The translations under genes and the position numbers were made by a program. A stretch of DNA of 64,000 bases. Origin: an uncultured Verrucomicrobiae bacterium. Its GTDB lineage: Bacteria; Verrucomicrobiota; Verrucomicrobiia; Chthoniobacterales; JAFAMB01. The stretch lies in contig CAWIPH010000002.1 of the NCBI GenBank assembly GCA_963837955.1, forward strand, positions 192,001-256,000, read 5' to 3'. This document shows, piece by piece, positions 32,765-41,813 of the stretch; position 1 is the stretch's first letter, and every line of letters starts with the position of its first letter. Under the pieces are notes generated by a model. It was given only the letters and a program-made list of their open reading frames with translations, had not been told where the DNA came from and made no database searches.

Positions 32765-32909
32765 GGTAGGGCGTGTAGCTCGCGACCGCCGCAACGAGGA
32801 CGTGATCGGACCCTGCCAGGCTAAGATCCCTTTTGGCGGCATGGCGTGCGACCTAGCGGAGGTTATGGTGCGTTGGTCGTTCGGTGGTCGGGGACTGACG
32901 CGCCCTACT
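32765..32909. repeat. GTAG-type REP-like pair
   Basis: GTAGGGCGTG... and ...CGCGCCCTAC bracket the intergenic region. Confidence 0.55.
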
Positions 32910-32956
32910 TGTCAATCGGTCTCAAACGCGGTGGAGGGCCCGCCTTGCTTCTCCGA

Positions 32957-33877
32957 ATGAAATTCTCTGTCATCACTCCTTGTCTTAACCGCGCACCACT
33001 TATCGGTGCCACCATCGAAAGCGTTCTGGCCCAAGGTTACTCCGACTTTGAGCACTGGATAATTGACGCAGGATCGACCGACGGCACACTCGAGGTCCTA
33101 CGGCGGTATCAACATCTGCGAGTCGTCTCTGAATCGGATCGCGGAGTCTACGATGCCATCAATAAAGGGATTCGACTGGCTACCGGTGAAATCATCATTT
33201 TGTTGAACTCGGATGATTTGCTAGTCCCGGGGGCGCTTTCGCTGACCGCCGATATTTTTCGGAACGCGGTCGGAACGATGATTGTTTCTGCTGGTTGCCA
33301 GATCTTCCAGTGTGCCCCTGACGGAAGTGAAATAGAGATGCACCGGTACGACGACCCTCGCCGATACGCATTGTCGTTACGAAATGTGACGGTGGGAAAG
33401 CCGAACACTAACGCACGCTTCTTTCGCCGAAAGGTCTTTGATCAGATCGGCGATTTTGATCTTGCGTATCCGATTGCTGCTGATCGTGATTTTCTCATTC
33501 GGGCCGCTTTGCGTCAGATACCGGATGCTCCGATCGCGAAAGTGCTTTATCGATATCGGTGGCATGCTGGCTCCCTAACGATGAACGCTGGCAGCGACAG
33601 TTTGCTCTCGGGAATGGCAGATTGCCGCCGAATTATCGCGCGCTCGATCCAAAACTTTTCCCTAAATCGTGAACAGATGGCGTTTCTTAGTCAATGGGGC
33701 CGCGAGTGTCAGGCGACGGAAGTAATGATTTATGCGGTGCAAGGCCGGCTGCGCGAGGCGCTTTCAACCTGGATCGATGGGTTGCGGCAAAGTCCACAAT
33801 TCATCTTCACGTTTGTCCGCCTTGGGCTGCTGGCCGTCGGGCGCCGGCTTCGCACTTGGTGGCGGCGGCGGAACTAA
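32957..33877 (+). CDS. Glycosyltransferase family 2
   Basis: MKFSVITPCLN, IDAGSTDGT, GVYDAINKG and LNSDD. Confidence 0.92.
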   Translation: MKFSVITPCLNRAPLIGATIESVLAQGYSDFEHWIIDAGSTDGTLEVLRRYQHLRVVSESDRGVYDAINKGIRLATGEIIILLNSDDLLVPGALSLTADIFRNAVGTMIVSAGCQIFQCAPDGSEIEMHRYDDPRRYALSLRNVTVGKPNTNARFFRRKVFDQIGDFDLAYPIAADRDFLIRAALRQIPDAPIAKVLYRYRWHAGSLTMNAGSDSLLSGMADCRRIIARSIQNFSLNREQMAFLSQWGRECQATEVMIYAVQGRLREALSTWIDGLRQSPQFIFTFVRLGLLAVGRRLRTWWRRRN

Positions 33878-33892
33878 TGCACGCCTAATCCA

Positions 33893-35005
33893 ATGGAGCG
33901 ACGCATTCGGGTTCTTCATTTGATCGATAATTTAGACCTTGGTGGTGCGCAGACGGTCCTATTTAGCTGCCTCGCTTACGCCAACCCAAAATATGAAATC
34001 GTTTTGGCCAGTTTGCATGGCAATCGGAACACTCTCTTTTGGGAAAGAGCTCACGCTTTAAATCTGCCGGTGATAGCGCTCTCGCCTTACCGTTGGCTAC
34101 CGGTTTACCTTTTGACCTTGCCCTGGCTGCTTTGGCGGAAGCGCTTCGCTGTGGTTCAATGCCACCTATTCGCATCGAATTGGCTGGGTAAGCCGCTCGC
34201 GAAAATGTTTGGAGTCCCACTCGTGATCTCTCACGATCACGCCTACGACGATTTTCGATTTGATCGGCCCATCGTTCTGGCGCTGGACAGATGGGCCAAT
34301 CGTTTTGCCGATCGAATATTTGTGATTTCAGAGGCCTTATTGGAACGGTTGCGAACAGCCGAAAAGCTGCCGGCACCGAAACTGATCTTCATCCGAAATG
34401 GAGTGCCAAGTCCCGAGCGACAACCGCGGAAAGTTGCTGGTCCCGGCAAGGTTCTGGGGGCAGCCGGACGATTAGTCGATTGGAAGAGGTTCGACCGATT
34501 TTTGCGGCTGGCTCAGCAACTTACGCTGATCGATGAGGAATATCGATTTTTGATAGCGGGCGATGGTCCTCAGTTGGAGTCGCTCCGAACGTTAGCCGAT
34601 CGGCTAGGAATCGCTGAGAAGTTAATCTGGACGGGAGCACTTCCATCTTTGGTTCCGTTTTTCCACAAGATCGATCTCTTCGTATTAACTTCTGACTGGG
34701 AGGACCTGCCACTGGTCGTGCTCGAAGCCTTCTCCCATCGAGTCCCCGCCGCCATGGTTGGCATCAACGAGGCGCGAAGACGATTGAAACAAGAAGCCCT
34801 GATCCTGGATCCAACGGACGATGAACAGGCTTGGGCTAAGCAGATCCATGCTCTTCTAAATTCTCCTGAACGAATTGAGACCCTATCTTCGGAGGCCGCA
34901 CGCCTGGTGGAGAAGGAATTTTCGCCGATCGAGCAGATCCGTCGGATGGAAGCAGTGTACGATGAACTTCTCCGGCCTAAGGAGAATACGGAGTCTGGAA
35001 GCTAG
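33893..35005 (+). CDS. Glycosyltransferase family 4
   Basis: LDLGGAQ, AGRL...K and SDWEDLPLVVLEA. Confidence 0.9.
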   Translation: MERRIRVLHLIDNLDLGGAQTVLFSCLAYANPKYEIVLASLHGNRNTLFWERAHALNLPVIALSPYRWLPVYLLTLPWLLWRKRFAVVQCHLFASNWLGKPLAKMFGVPLVISHDHAYDDFRFDRPIVLALDRWANRFADRIFVISEALLERLRTAEKLPAPKLIFIRNGVPSPERQPRKVAGPGKVLGAAGRLVDWKRFDRFLRLAQQLTLIDEEYRFLIAGDGPQLESLRTLADRLGIAEKLIWTGALPSLVPFFHKIDLFVLTSDWEDLPLVVLEAFSHRVPAAMVGINEARRRLKQEALILDPTDDEQAWAKQIHALLNSPERIETLSSEAARLVEKEFSPIEQIRRMEAVYDELLRPKENTESGS

Positions 35006-35084
35006 AATTTGGAATTTGGAATCTAGAATCAAGAACGCGTAAGAATTGGGCCTCGATTCCTCGGTGCAACTTGGATCGTTTCCG

Positions 35085-35434
35085 GGCGGCGCGAGCGCCG
35101 CGCCCTCCGACCGGTGGGCGTGCCAACTTCTTTCGGCCAGAACGACCCCTGAAAGCGGAGGGGCGTCGCTTGCGACGCCCGGGAACAACCCATGATAGAA
35201 TAGAGCCAGCGAATTCATCGACTCGATTCCTTGGTGATCCTTGGGCGATTCCCGGGCGTCCCACGGCCGCGCATACGCGTCAACATAAGAATGGTTTGCC
35301 TGCTCCATCGCCGGGAGGGCGCGCGTCCCCGCGCGCCGCGAAACCGATCTCTAACCTGGGGGAGGCAATTTAACCCTTGGTATACAAACGCGCTTGGGTC
35401 CGGCCACAACGGATCGCGGGGACGCGATCCCTCC
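35085..35434. repeat. Cluster of REP-like inverted repeats
   Basis: GGGAGGGCGCGCGTCCCCGCGCGCC (35313) ... GGATCGCGGGGACGCGATCCCTCC (35411-34) match the arms at 23811. A GACGCCCGGGAA/TTCCCGGGCGTC pair is also present. Confidence 0.8.
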
Positions 35435-35486
35435 GACGCGTTGGGTGAAGCGAACGGCGAATCGCTAATCGCGGAACCGCTGACTG

Positions 35487-36173
35487 CTAACCTAGTCGAT
35501 GCTCCCTTGGAATCCTTCGGAGCTCTTGGCGATTTTGCAGGATCGTATTTTCTTCCAAGACACCGCCAAAGTGAGTCAGCGGATAAATCAACGAGTCTCG
35601 GCCGATTAAGGAACCGGGACTGATGGCCGAGTTGGATCCGATCTCGACGCGGTCGCCAATGATTGCGCCAAACTTGCGCAGACCTGTGGCGATGATTATT
35701 CCATCGTGTCGTAACGAGATCTCTTTCCGATCCAATCGAAAATTCGAGAGGATTACTCCAGCACCAAGATGAGCATTATGGCCGAGAATAGAATCACCGA
35801 CATAACTGAAATGGGGAATCTGCGCGCCGTTGAGAATTATGCAGTTTTTGAACTCGCAAGAATTGCCGAGAACAACTCCGTCTCCAACGATGACGTTCTC
35901 GCGAACGTAGCATCCCGATCGGATTTGGCATCTCTCACCGATCCAGGCTGGCCCTTTGATCGTCGCTCCAGGCTCGACCACCGTACCATTGCCAATAAAT
36001 ACCTGGTCACCGATGAACGAAGTTCCCAAGCGCGATCCGAAAAATCCCGGAGTCAATTTTGTCTGGAGGTAGCCGCCTATTTTTTTCAGCGGGTCCCAGG
36101 CATAAATTGCGCCTTCGAATAATGCGGTGTGCGCGCATTCGCGCAAATCCAAATACTCGCTCGGTGAGAGCAT
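35487..36173 (-). CDS. Hexapeptide-repeat (LbH) acyltransferase, GlmU C-terminal-like
   Basis: IKGPAWIG, HFSYVGDSILG and KFGAIIGD; ATG at 36173. Confidence 0.85.
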   Translation of the reverse strand: MLSPSEYLDLRECAHTALFEGAIYAWDPLKKIGGYLQTKLTPGFFGSRLGTSFIGDQVFIGNGTVVEPGATIKGPAWIGERCQIRSGCYVRENVIVGDGVVLGNSCEFKNCIILNGAQIPHFSYVGDSILGHNAHLGAGVILSNFRLDRKEISLRHDGIIIATGLRKFGAIIGDRVEIGSNSAISPGSLIGRDSLIYPLTHFGGVLEENTILQNRQELRRIPREHRLG

Positions 36174-36187
36174 AAGATGCCGGCCGC

Positions 36188-37594
36188 TTAGGAAGGTTTC
36201 TTGGTCAATTTTTGGCCATCCTTGGTGTCTTTCACAATCCACCCGAATTCCTCGATCTGTTTGCGAATAGCATCGCTGGCCGACCAATCTTTAGCAGCTC
36301 TGGCGGCCGCGCGGTTCTCGAGTAGGGCCAGAACTTCAGTACCGACATTCTCTTCTTCGCTCTGCAACTGAAGAATCGGATTAATCGATTCCCACCAGCG
36401 AAGAAGCGCCGCCACTTGTCCTGGCGCCAGCTCGTTGTTATCCATCGCCCGGTTTGTTGCGCGAATTTGTTCGAACAGTGCGGCCAGCGCGGCTGAAATA
36501 TTGAGATCGTCGTCGAGTGCGGCAAAAAAATCGTCGGATTGGGCTGGCGCGTAGTTTGAATCCGGTTCGCTTTTTCCGGCAAGCGCGCGCACCCGCTCAA
36601 TCCATTCATCAATGCGGAGAAGCGATTGGCGGGCTTCGATCAGTCCGTCGAAAGTGAAGTTCAATTGCAACCGGTAATTCACTCGGATCAGCGCATAACG
36701 CACCTCCCGCCCGGTGAATCCCTTATCGAGTAAATCCCGCAACGTGTAAAAGTTTCCCAGCGATTTGGACATCTTCTGGCCTTCGACCAAGAGATGGGCG
36801 CTATGAAGCCAGTAACGAGCGAACTGCAGACCGGTGCAGGATTCCGATTGGGCAATCTCGGCTTCGTGATGAGGGAAAATGTTATCGACGCCGCCACAGT
36901 GAATATCCATCTGGGGGCCGAGCAGGCGGGTGGCCATCGCGCTGCATTCGATGTGCCAGCCTGGTCGACCGCGACCCCAAGGACTTTCCCATCCGACGTC
37001 GCCATCCTGTTCGTCCCAGGCTTTCCAGAGCGCGAAATCGCCGATGCTCTCCTTCTCGTACTCATCGGTTCGAACTCGTCCAGAGGGCCTGAGTTCTTCC
37101 AGATTGAGGTGGGCCAGTCGACCGTAATCAGCAAATCGATTAATGCGGAAGTAAATCGAACGATCCTCGGCCTGATAGGCGATAATCGCGTGCGCGAGAA
37201 GCTCCCCGATCATCTCGATCATTTTGCTGATGTTGGCTGGCTCAGTCGCAGCGGGATATGAAGTTGCCGGTTTGATGCGCAACGTCGTGACATCGTCGTG
37301 AAAAGCGCTGATGAAACGAGCGGTAAACTTTGAAAGCGCTTCGCCAGCGGCTCGGCTGTCGCGGATCGTCTTGTCGTCAACGTCCGTTAGGTTCATCACC
37401 CGATTCACCCTAAAGCCGCGCGCCTCCAGATGACGCTGCAGCAGATCCTCGAATAGAAAGGTTCGAAGGTTGCCGATATGTGCATAAGAATAGACGGTCG
37501 GCCCGCAGGTGTACATCTTCACCTCTTTGCCGGTCGGATCTATCGGTTGGAACGGCTCAACCGACCGAGAATAGGTATTGTAGAACTGAAGCAT
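36188..37594 (-). CDS. cysS: Cysteine--tRNA ligase
   Basis: YTCGPTVY, HIGN, GRPGWHIECSAM and KMSKSLGN. Confidence 0.97.
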   Translation of the reverse strand: MLQFYNTYSRSVEPFQPIDPTGKEVKMYTCGPTVYSYAHIGNLRTFLFEDLLQRHLEARGFRVNRVMNLTDVDDKTIRDSRAAGEALSKFTARFISAFHDDVTTLRIKPATSYPAATEPANISKMIEMIGELLAHAIIAYQAEDRSIYFRINRFADYGRLAHLNLEELRPSGRVRTDEYEKESIGDFALWKAWDEQDGDVGWESPWGRGRPGWHIECSAMATRLLGPQMDIHCGGVDNIFPHHEAEIAQSESCTGLQFARYWLHSAHLLVEGQKMSKSLGNFYTLRDLLDKGFTGREVRYALIRVNYRLQLNFTFDGLIEARQSLLRIDEWIERVRALAGKSEPDSNYAPAQSDDFFAALDDDLNISAALAALFEQIRATNRAMDNNELAPGQVAALLRWWESINPILQLQSEEENVGTEVLALLENRAAARAAKDWSASDAIRKQIEEFGWIVKDTKDGQKLTKKPS

Positions 37595-37728
37595 CGCTGT
37601 GACGGAATGGCAAGCAATCATCGGAAGTCAGCTTCGAAGAAAGCACCGAGTATACCCTGGAACGACAGAGGACGCTATCAAGTTAGATAAGAAACGTGGT
37701 CTCTTCATTGAGACGATGTGCCAAACCG

Positions 37729-38250
37729 TCAAACGATCTGACCGGGTAGGTCCACTGGATAGCGCGGCTCAATCTTTTCCAGGCTGACCACAGCCAACGC
37801 GGCGATGCCTTCGCCGCGACCGACAAAACCGAGACCTTCGCTGGTTGTTGCCTTAATTCCAATTCGATCCACGGGAATCCCTAAGGTGCCGGAAAGTCGA
37901 GCCCGCATGGCGGAGATGTGTGGAGACAATTTTGGCTCTTCAACGATAACCGAGCAATCAATGTTCACGATGGCAAGATGTTTGGCCATGAGGATGATCT
38001 GCACCCGCTTCAGAATTTCCTGGCTGTCGATGCCTTTAATCGAAGGATCAGAATTCGGAAAATGATGGCCAATGTCTCGATCGCCCGCCGCGCCAAGAAG
38101 AGCATCCGAAATCGCGTGGGTGACGACATCGGCATCGGAGTGACCCTCAAGTCCACGCGAGTGCGGAATTTCGATTCCCCCCAAAATGAGGCGGCGCCCA
38201 GGTACTAGTCGGTGTACGTCGTAGCCAATTCCGCTGAGAAACATGATCAA
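37729..38250 (-). CDS. ispF: 2-C-methyl-D-erythritol 2,4-cyclodiphosphate synthase
   Basis: GIGYDVH, GHSDADV, DIGHHFP and KATTSEGLG. Confidence 0.96.
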   Translation of the reverse strand: MIMFLSGIGYDVHRLVPGRRLILGGIEIPHSRGLEGHSDADVVTHAISDALLGAAGDRDIGHHFPNSDPSIKGIDSQEILKRVQIILMAKHLAIVNIDCSVIVEEPKLSPHISAMRARLSGTLGIPVDRIGIKATTSEGLGFVGRGEGIAALAVVSLEKIEPRYPVDLPGQIV

Positions 38251-39002
38251 GGTTCCGGTATCTGCAGGTCCAGTTGACCATTCCAGGCGGTCACGGACAA
38301 TTTATTTTCTTCGATGACGCTTGGTCCCACCAACATTTTCCCCCCAGCAGCCTCAACCAGTAGCCAGCCGGCCGCAATATCCCACAGATTAACGCTGCGC
38401 TCGATGTAAGCGTCGAAGCGGCCGGTGGCAACGTAAGCCAGATCCAACGCTGCACTGCCCATCATCCGGCACTTTCTGGCTCGGCCGATCATTGTATTAA
38501 ACGTCTTTAAACCTGCCTCAATCGCCAGAGGGCTTTTAGATAAACCGATCGAGATCACGCTTTCGCTCAAAGACTTTCGCGGGCTCACCCTGATTGGTCG
38601 ATCGTTCAGAAATGCTGGCTCGCCTCGCGACGCGTGCCAGAGTTCATCTTTGATTGGATCGAAAATCGTACCGGCGATCAACGTCTCACGCTGACGAAGC
38701 GCGATTGAGATGCAAAAGTGAGGAATCCCGTAGAAGAAATTCACTGTGCCGTCGATCGGATCGATGATCCATTGGTATTCGGCTTCTGCACTGCCCGAGG
38801 ATCCTTCCTCACCAATCACACCGTGATCCGGGAATTGTTTGAGCAGCATCGTGGTGATGAGTTCCTGAGCGCTGACATCGAGCTCGAGCTTGAGGTCGTG
38901 CGCCTCTTCCACATTGACTGTAAGCGATGTTCCGAGGTTACTGCGGATCAAGTCGCCCGCTGCGCGGGCTGATTCAATAGCGGCGTTGAGGTAAGCATTC
39001 AT
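38247..39002 (-). CDS. suhB: Inositol monophosphatase family protein
   Basis: GEE, WIIDPIDGTVNF, GSAALDLAYVATG and WDIAAG. Confidence 0.88.
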   Translation of the reverse strand: MNAYLNAAIESARAAGDLIRSNLGTSLTVNVEEAHDLKLELDVSAQELITTMLLKQFPDHGVIGEEGSSGSAEAEYQWIIDPIDGTVNFFYGIPHFCISIALRQRETLIAGTIFDPIKDELWHASRGEPAFLNDRPIRVSPRKSLSESVISIGLSKSPLAIEAGLKTFNTMIGRARKCRMMGSAALDLAYVATGRFDAYIERSVNLWDIAAGWLLVEAAGGKMLVGPSVIEENKLSVTAWNGQLDLQIPEP

Positions 39003-39312
39003 ATATTTTCCGGATGCAGCGGCGAGCGAAAATCAAACATGGACAGACTTGCGTGCGCAGCTCAGGTTGTCTGCAGTTTCGATCGCCTGCAGTACCACAA
39101 AAAGTGGACAGAAGAAATCCGCGATGCGAATTTAAAAAATGAAAATCGTTGTTCGATGAGTAAAAATAATTCTCGAAAAACATTTTCTGTTGTGTTGAAA
39201 ATTCAATGTTGTCACAGTTTCTGATTGACGCTGCGTCGAATGTTCGTTAGTCAAGCCAATTGTGATTTGTGTTTTATCCTCCGCAACTGCGGAATGAAAG
39301 GGGGGATAACTA

Positions 39313-39444
39313 ATGCCAGCCAAGAAAGCTCCGGCGAAGAAGGCTACGACTAAAAAGGCACCCGTAAAAAAGGCTCCTGCGAAGAAAGTCGCGAAGAAGG
39401 CTCCTGCAAAGAAGAAGCCTGCCGCCAAGAAGGTCGTTAAATAA
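39313..39444 (+). CDS. 43-aa Lys/Ala/Pro-rich histone-H1-like basic protein
   Basis: MPAKKAPAKKATTKKAPVKKAPAKKVAKKAPAKKKPAAKKVVK*. A G-rich RBS-like run precedes it, the repeats use varied synonymous codons, and a terminator follows. Confidence 0.85.
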   Translation: MPAKKAPAKKATTKKAPVKKAPAKKVAKKAPAKKKPAAKKVVK

Positions 39445-39463
39445 TCCTTCCTCATTTAGTGTG

Positions 39464-39499
39464 AATAGGAGGAGATTCATTATCTCCTCCTATTTTTTT
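39464..39499 (+). terminator. Rho-independent terminator
   Basis: AATAGGAGGAGAT-TCATT-ATCTCCTCCTATT followed by a T tract. Confidence 0.85.
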
Positions 39500-39628
39500 C
39501 TTTCGCAGACTCGGTTTTCATTCGCGAGATGAAATCGTCCTGGTGGTCGTACTTGTTTTCGCGCTCGCATGGAGACACGTCCCGCACGGTTTGCAAACGT
39601 AGCCAATGTTCGCCAAGCGGTCTTCTGG

Positions 39629-39957
39629 CCGCGCATGCGCTCAACGTGAGAGGAAGAGATATATGTGCCGAGAGGAGTCGTCCCGGAGGGACTAATGAAA
39701 GTAGCCCAGTACGAAGTGCTGGGGTGGCGTTCAAAAAAAACGACCCGTCCCGGATGGGACGATCGACGGCTACTTACGCTGGTGAAGCCGCATACGAGAG
39801 GACCAGGAGCCAAAACACTTCGATCGTCCCTGCCGGGACGGACGTCTCTCTGTGCATTATTTCCCAGCACTTCGTACTGGGCTACTTTCATTGAGTCCCT
39901 CCGGGACGACTCCTCTCGGCACATATCTCTTCCTCTTATGTTGGCGCGCATGCGCGG
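39629..39957. mobile_element. MITE/REPIN-like non-coding element with ~95-bp inverted arms
   Basis: 39629-39723 is nearly the reverse complement of 39863-39957. An inner CGTCCC..GGGACGATCGA / TCGATCGTCCC..GGGACG pair is present. Confidence 0.8.
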
Positions 39958-40239
39958 TCGCGGCACCGATCGTTTTCGTCTAGTCGCAGGACGCTGTTGC
40001 CACAAACGGGTTTGGATCGCTCGATATTGTTCGGTGAGGACACCGGTGGCGTCTGCGGCTTGTGGTCGGGTACGCCAAGTACTTTCGCAGCGATTCTCTC
40101 ACAACAGCGAAACAAGGAGCGTGACAGGACAGTCGCTGCTACCGGTCTCGTCAGAATCGCGTTTTCGATTTTCGTTTTTCATTCTTGATGCTGTAACCCG
40201 GCAGACTTCTGATCGAGGACGACCACTAGAACGATTCTG

Positions 40240-40773
40240 TTAACTTTTGCGGTACTCGAGAGTCTTGGCGACAATCTCTTCTACTGGCCACAATCGGCCG
40301 ATGCCTTCGTAGCCGCAGGCCAGCATGCCTTCTTCCGGACCGATAAAGTCGACACCACGATTGCGAAGAACGGTCACGTTACTTTGCGTGGCCGGGTGCA
40401 GCCACATCTTGCCGTTCATTGCTGGCGCTATCAGGATCGGCGCCTGCGTCGCGAGCGCGATCGCGGTTAGGGCGTCATCGGCCAAACCAAGCGCCAACTT
40501 GGCGATAATGTCTGCGGTTGCGGGCGCGACCAACAGCAAGTCGGCACGATCCGCCAGATCAATATGACCGGGCTGCCAGTCGGCATTTTCAGCGAAGAGA
40601 TCAGTCGTTACCGGATTGCGAGAGAGTGTCTGTAGGGTGAGGGGTGTAATGAATTGGGCCGCTCCCTTCGTCAAAACCACGTGAATGTCGCACCCTTCCT
40701 TCCGAAGTTTGCTGGCAATGTCTGCTGATCGATATGCCGCGATCGACGCGGTAACTCCAAGCACGATATTCAT
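40240..40773 (-). CDS. coaC: Phosphopantothenoylcysteine decarboxylase (stand-alone flavoprotein domain)
   Basis: GVTASIAAY, HIDLA, APATA, PAMN and LACGYEGIGRL; only 177 aa. Confidence 0.9.
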   Translation of the reverse strand: MNIVLGVTASIAAYRSADIASKLRKEGCDIHVVLTKGAAQFITPLTLQTLSRNPVTTDLFAENADWQPGHIDLADRADLLLVAPATADIIAKLALGLADDALTAIALATQAPILIAPAMNGKMWLHPATQSNVTVLRNRGVDFIGPEEGMLACGYEGIGRLWPVEEIVAKTLEYRKS

Positions 40774-40857
40774 GAGTCGGTTCCTGAGTTGGGGTACAAC
40801 AAACGTTGGGACTTCACCTGGCTATCAGAGAGTCGCCGAAGACGCATCATGCCTACC

Positions 40858-41730
40858 TCATTCAACGTTTTGAATCTGTTCCCGCACTTTTTCCAATTCG
40901 GACTTAGCCTGCACTACCAGCTGCGATATTTCTGCATCATTAGCTTTCGCACTCAAGGTGTTGAGTTCGCGCCCAAGCTCTTGGCAAAGAAATTCCAACG
41001 TTCGTCCGATTGACTCCTCTTTGTCCAAGGTACCGGCAAACTGGCCAAGGTGCGAGTCAAGGCGACTAAGTTCCTCCGAAAAATCAGAACGCTCCGAAAA
41101 GAATGCCACCTCCTTGGCCAGGCGGTCATCATCCAGCGGAATTTCGATCCCCGATTTCTCAATTCGAGTGTGGAGATTAGTTCGATAGCGTTCAGCAGCT
41201 CGTGGCTGCAACTTCTTGATCTTCTGCAAAGAGCTACGCATCGCCCTGATTCTTTTCGTGAGATCCCGCTTCAGATGGGCTCCCTCCTTTGCTCGCATGG
41301 CTAAAAGTTGATCGAGTGCAGCCTGGAGAGCCGTCAAAACGGGCGTCCGGGGCCGCGCATTTATTTTCTTTGTCGTCGGTTGTTCAATTACTCCAGGCGA
41401 TCGGAGGAGTGTGTCGATGGTGATTTCGCCATCCAGCCGCAATTCCGACTGCAGCGCTTTAAATGCGGAGAGATAAGATTTAGCTAGCTGGCGGTTCAAT
41501 ACCGGTTCGACTTCGGGAGAGCTGAATTCCAGATTGAAATTGACGGTGATTCGTCCCCTGCCGATAACTCGATCGATGGTGGAGCGAATTTCAGGCTCCA
41601 ACGAGGAAAGCGAATCTGGCAGATTGAGAACAATTTCTGACTGCCGCTTATTGACGGCTTGAATCTCAACAACAACCGCAAGGCCCTCGCTTAAAGCTTT
41701 CGCGCGGCCGTAGCCGGTCATGCTATGCAT
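40858..41730 (-). CDS. yicC: YicC/YloC family endoribonuclease
   Basis: SMTGYG, EELSRLDSH, GRTLEF..QE..RELNT and EKVREQIQNVE. Confidence 0.93.
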   Translation of the reverse strand: MHSMTGYGRAKALSEGLAVVVEIQAVNKRQSEIVLNLPDSLSSLEPEIRSTIDRVIGRGRITVNFNLEFSSPEVEPVLNRQLAKSYLSAFKALQSELRLDGEITIDTLLRSPGVIEQPTTKKINARPRTPVLTALQAALDQLLAMRAKEGAHLKRDLTKRIRAMRSSLQKIKKLQPRAAERYRTNLHTRIEKSGIEIPLDDDRLAKEVAFFSERSDFSEELSRLDSHLGQFAGTLDKEESIGRTLEFLCQELGRELNTLSAKANDAEISQLVVQAKSELEKVREQIQNVE

Positions 41731-41813
41731 GAATCAATCTATCAAGTCTGGCTGCCAGAGCCAACTGAAGTGATCGCCGATAGCACATAGCCAATAGCAA
41801 ATTTGGCTATTGG

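Noticed and set aside
39132..39455. 107-aa hydrophobic ORF on the minus strand
   Set aside because: It is the antisense shadow of the Lys-rich gene at 39313-39444, which has the RBS-like run and terminator.
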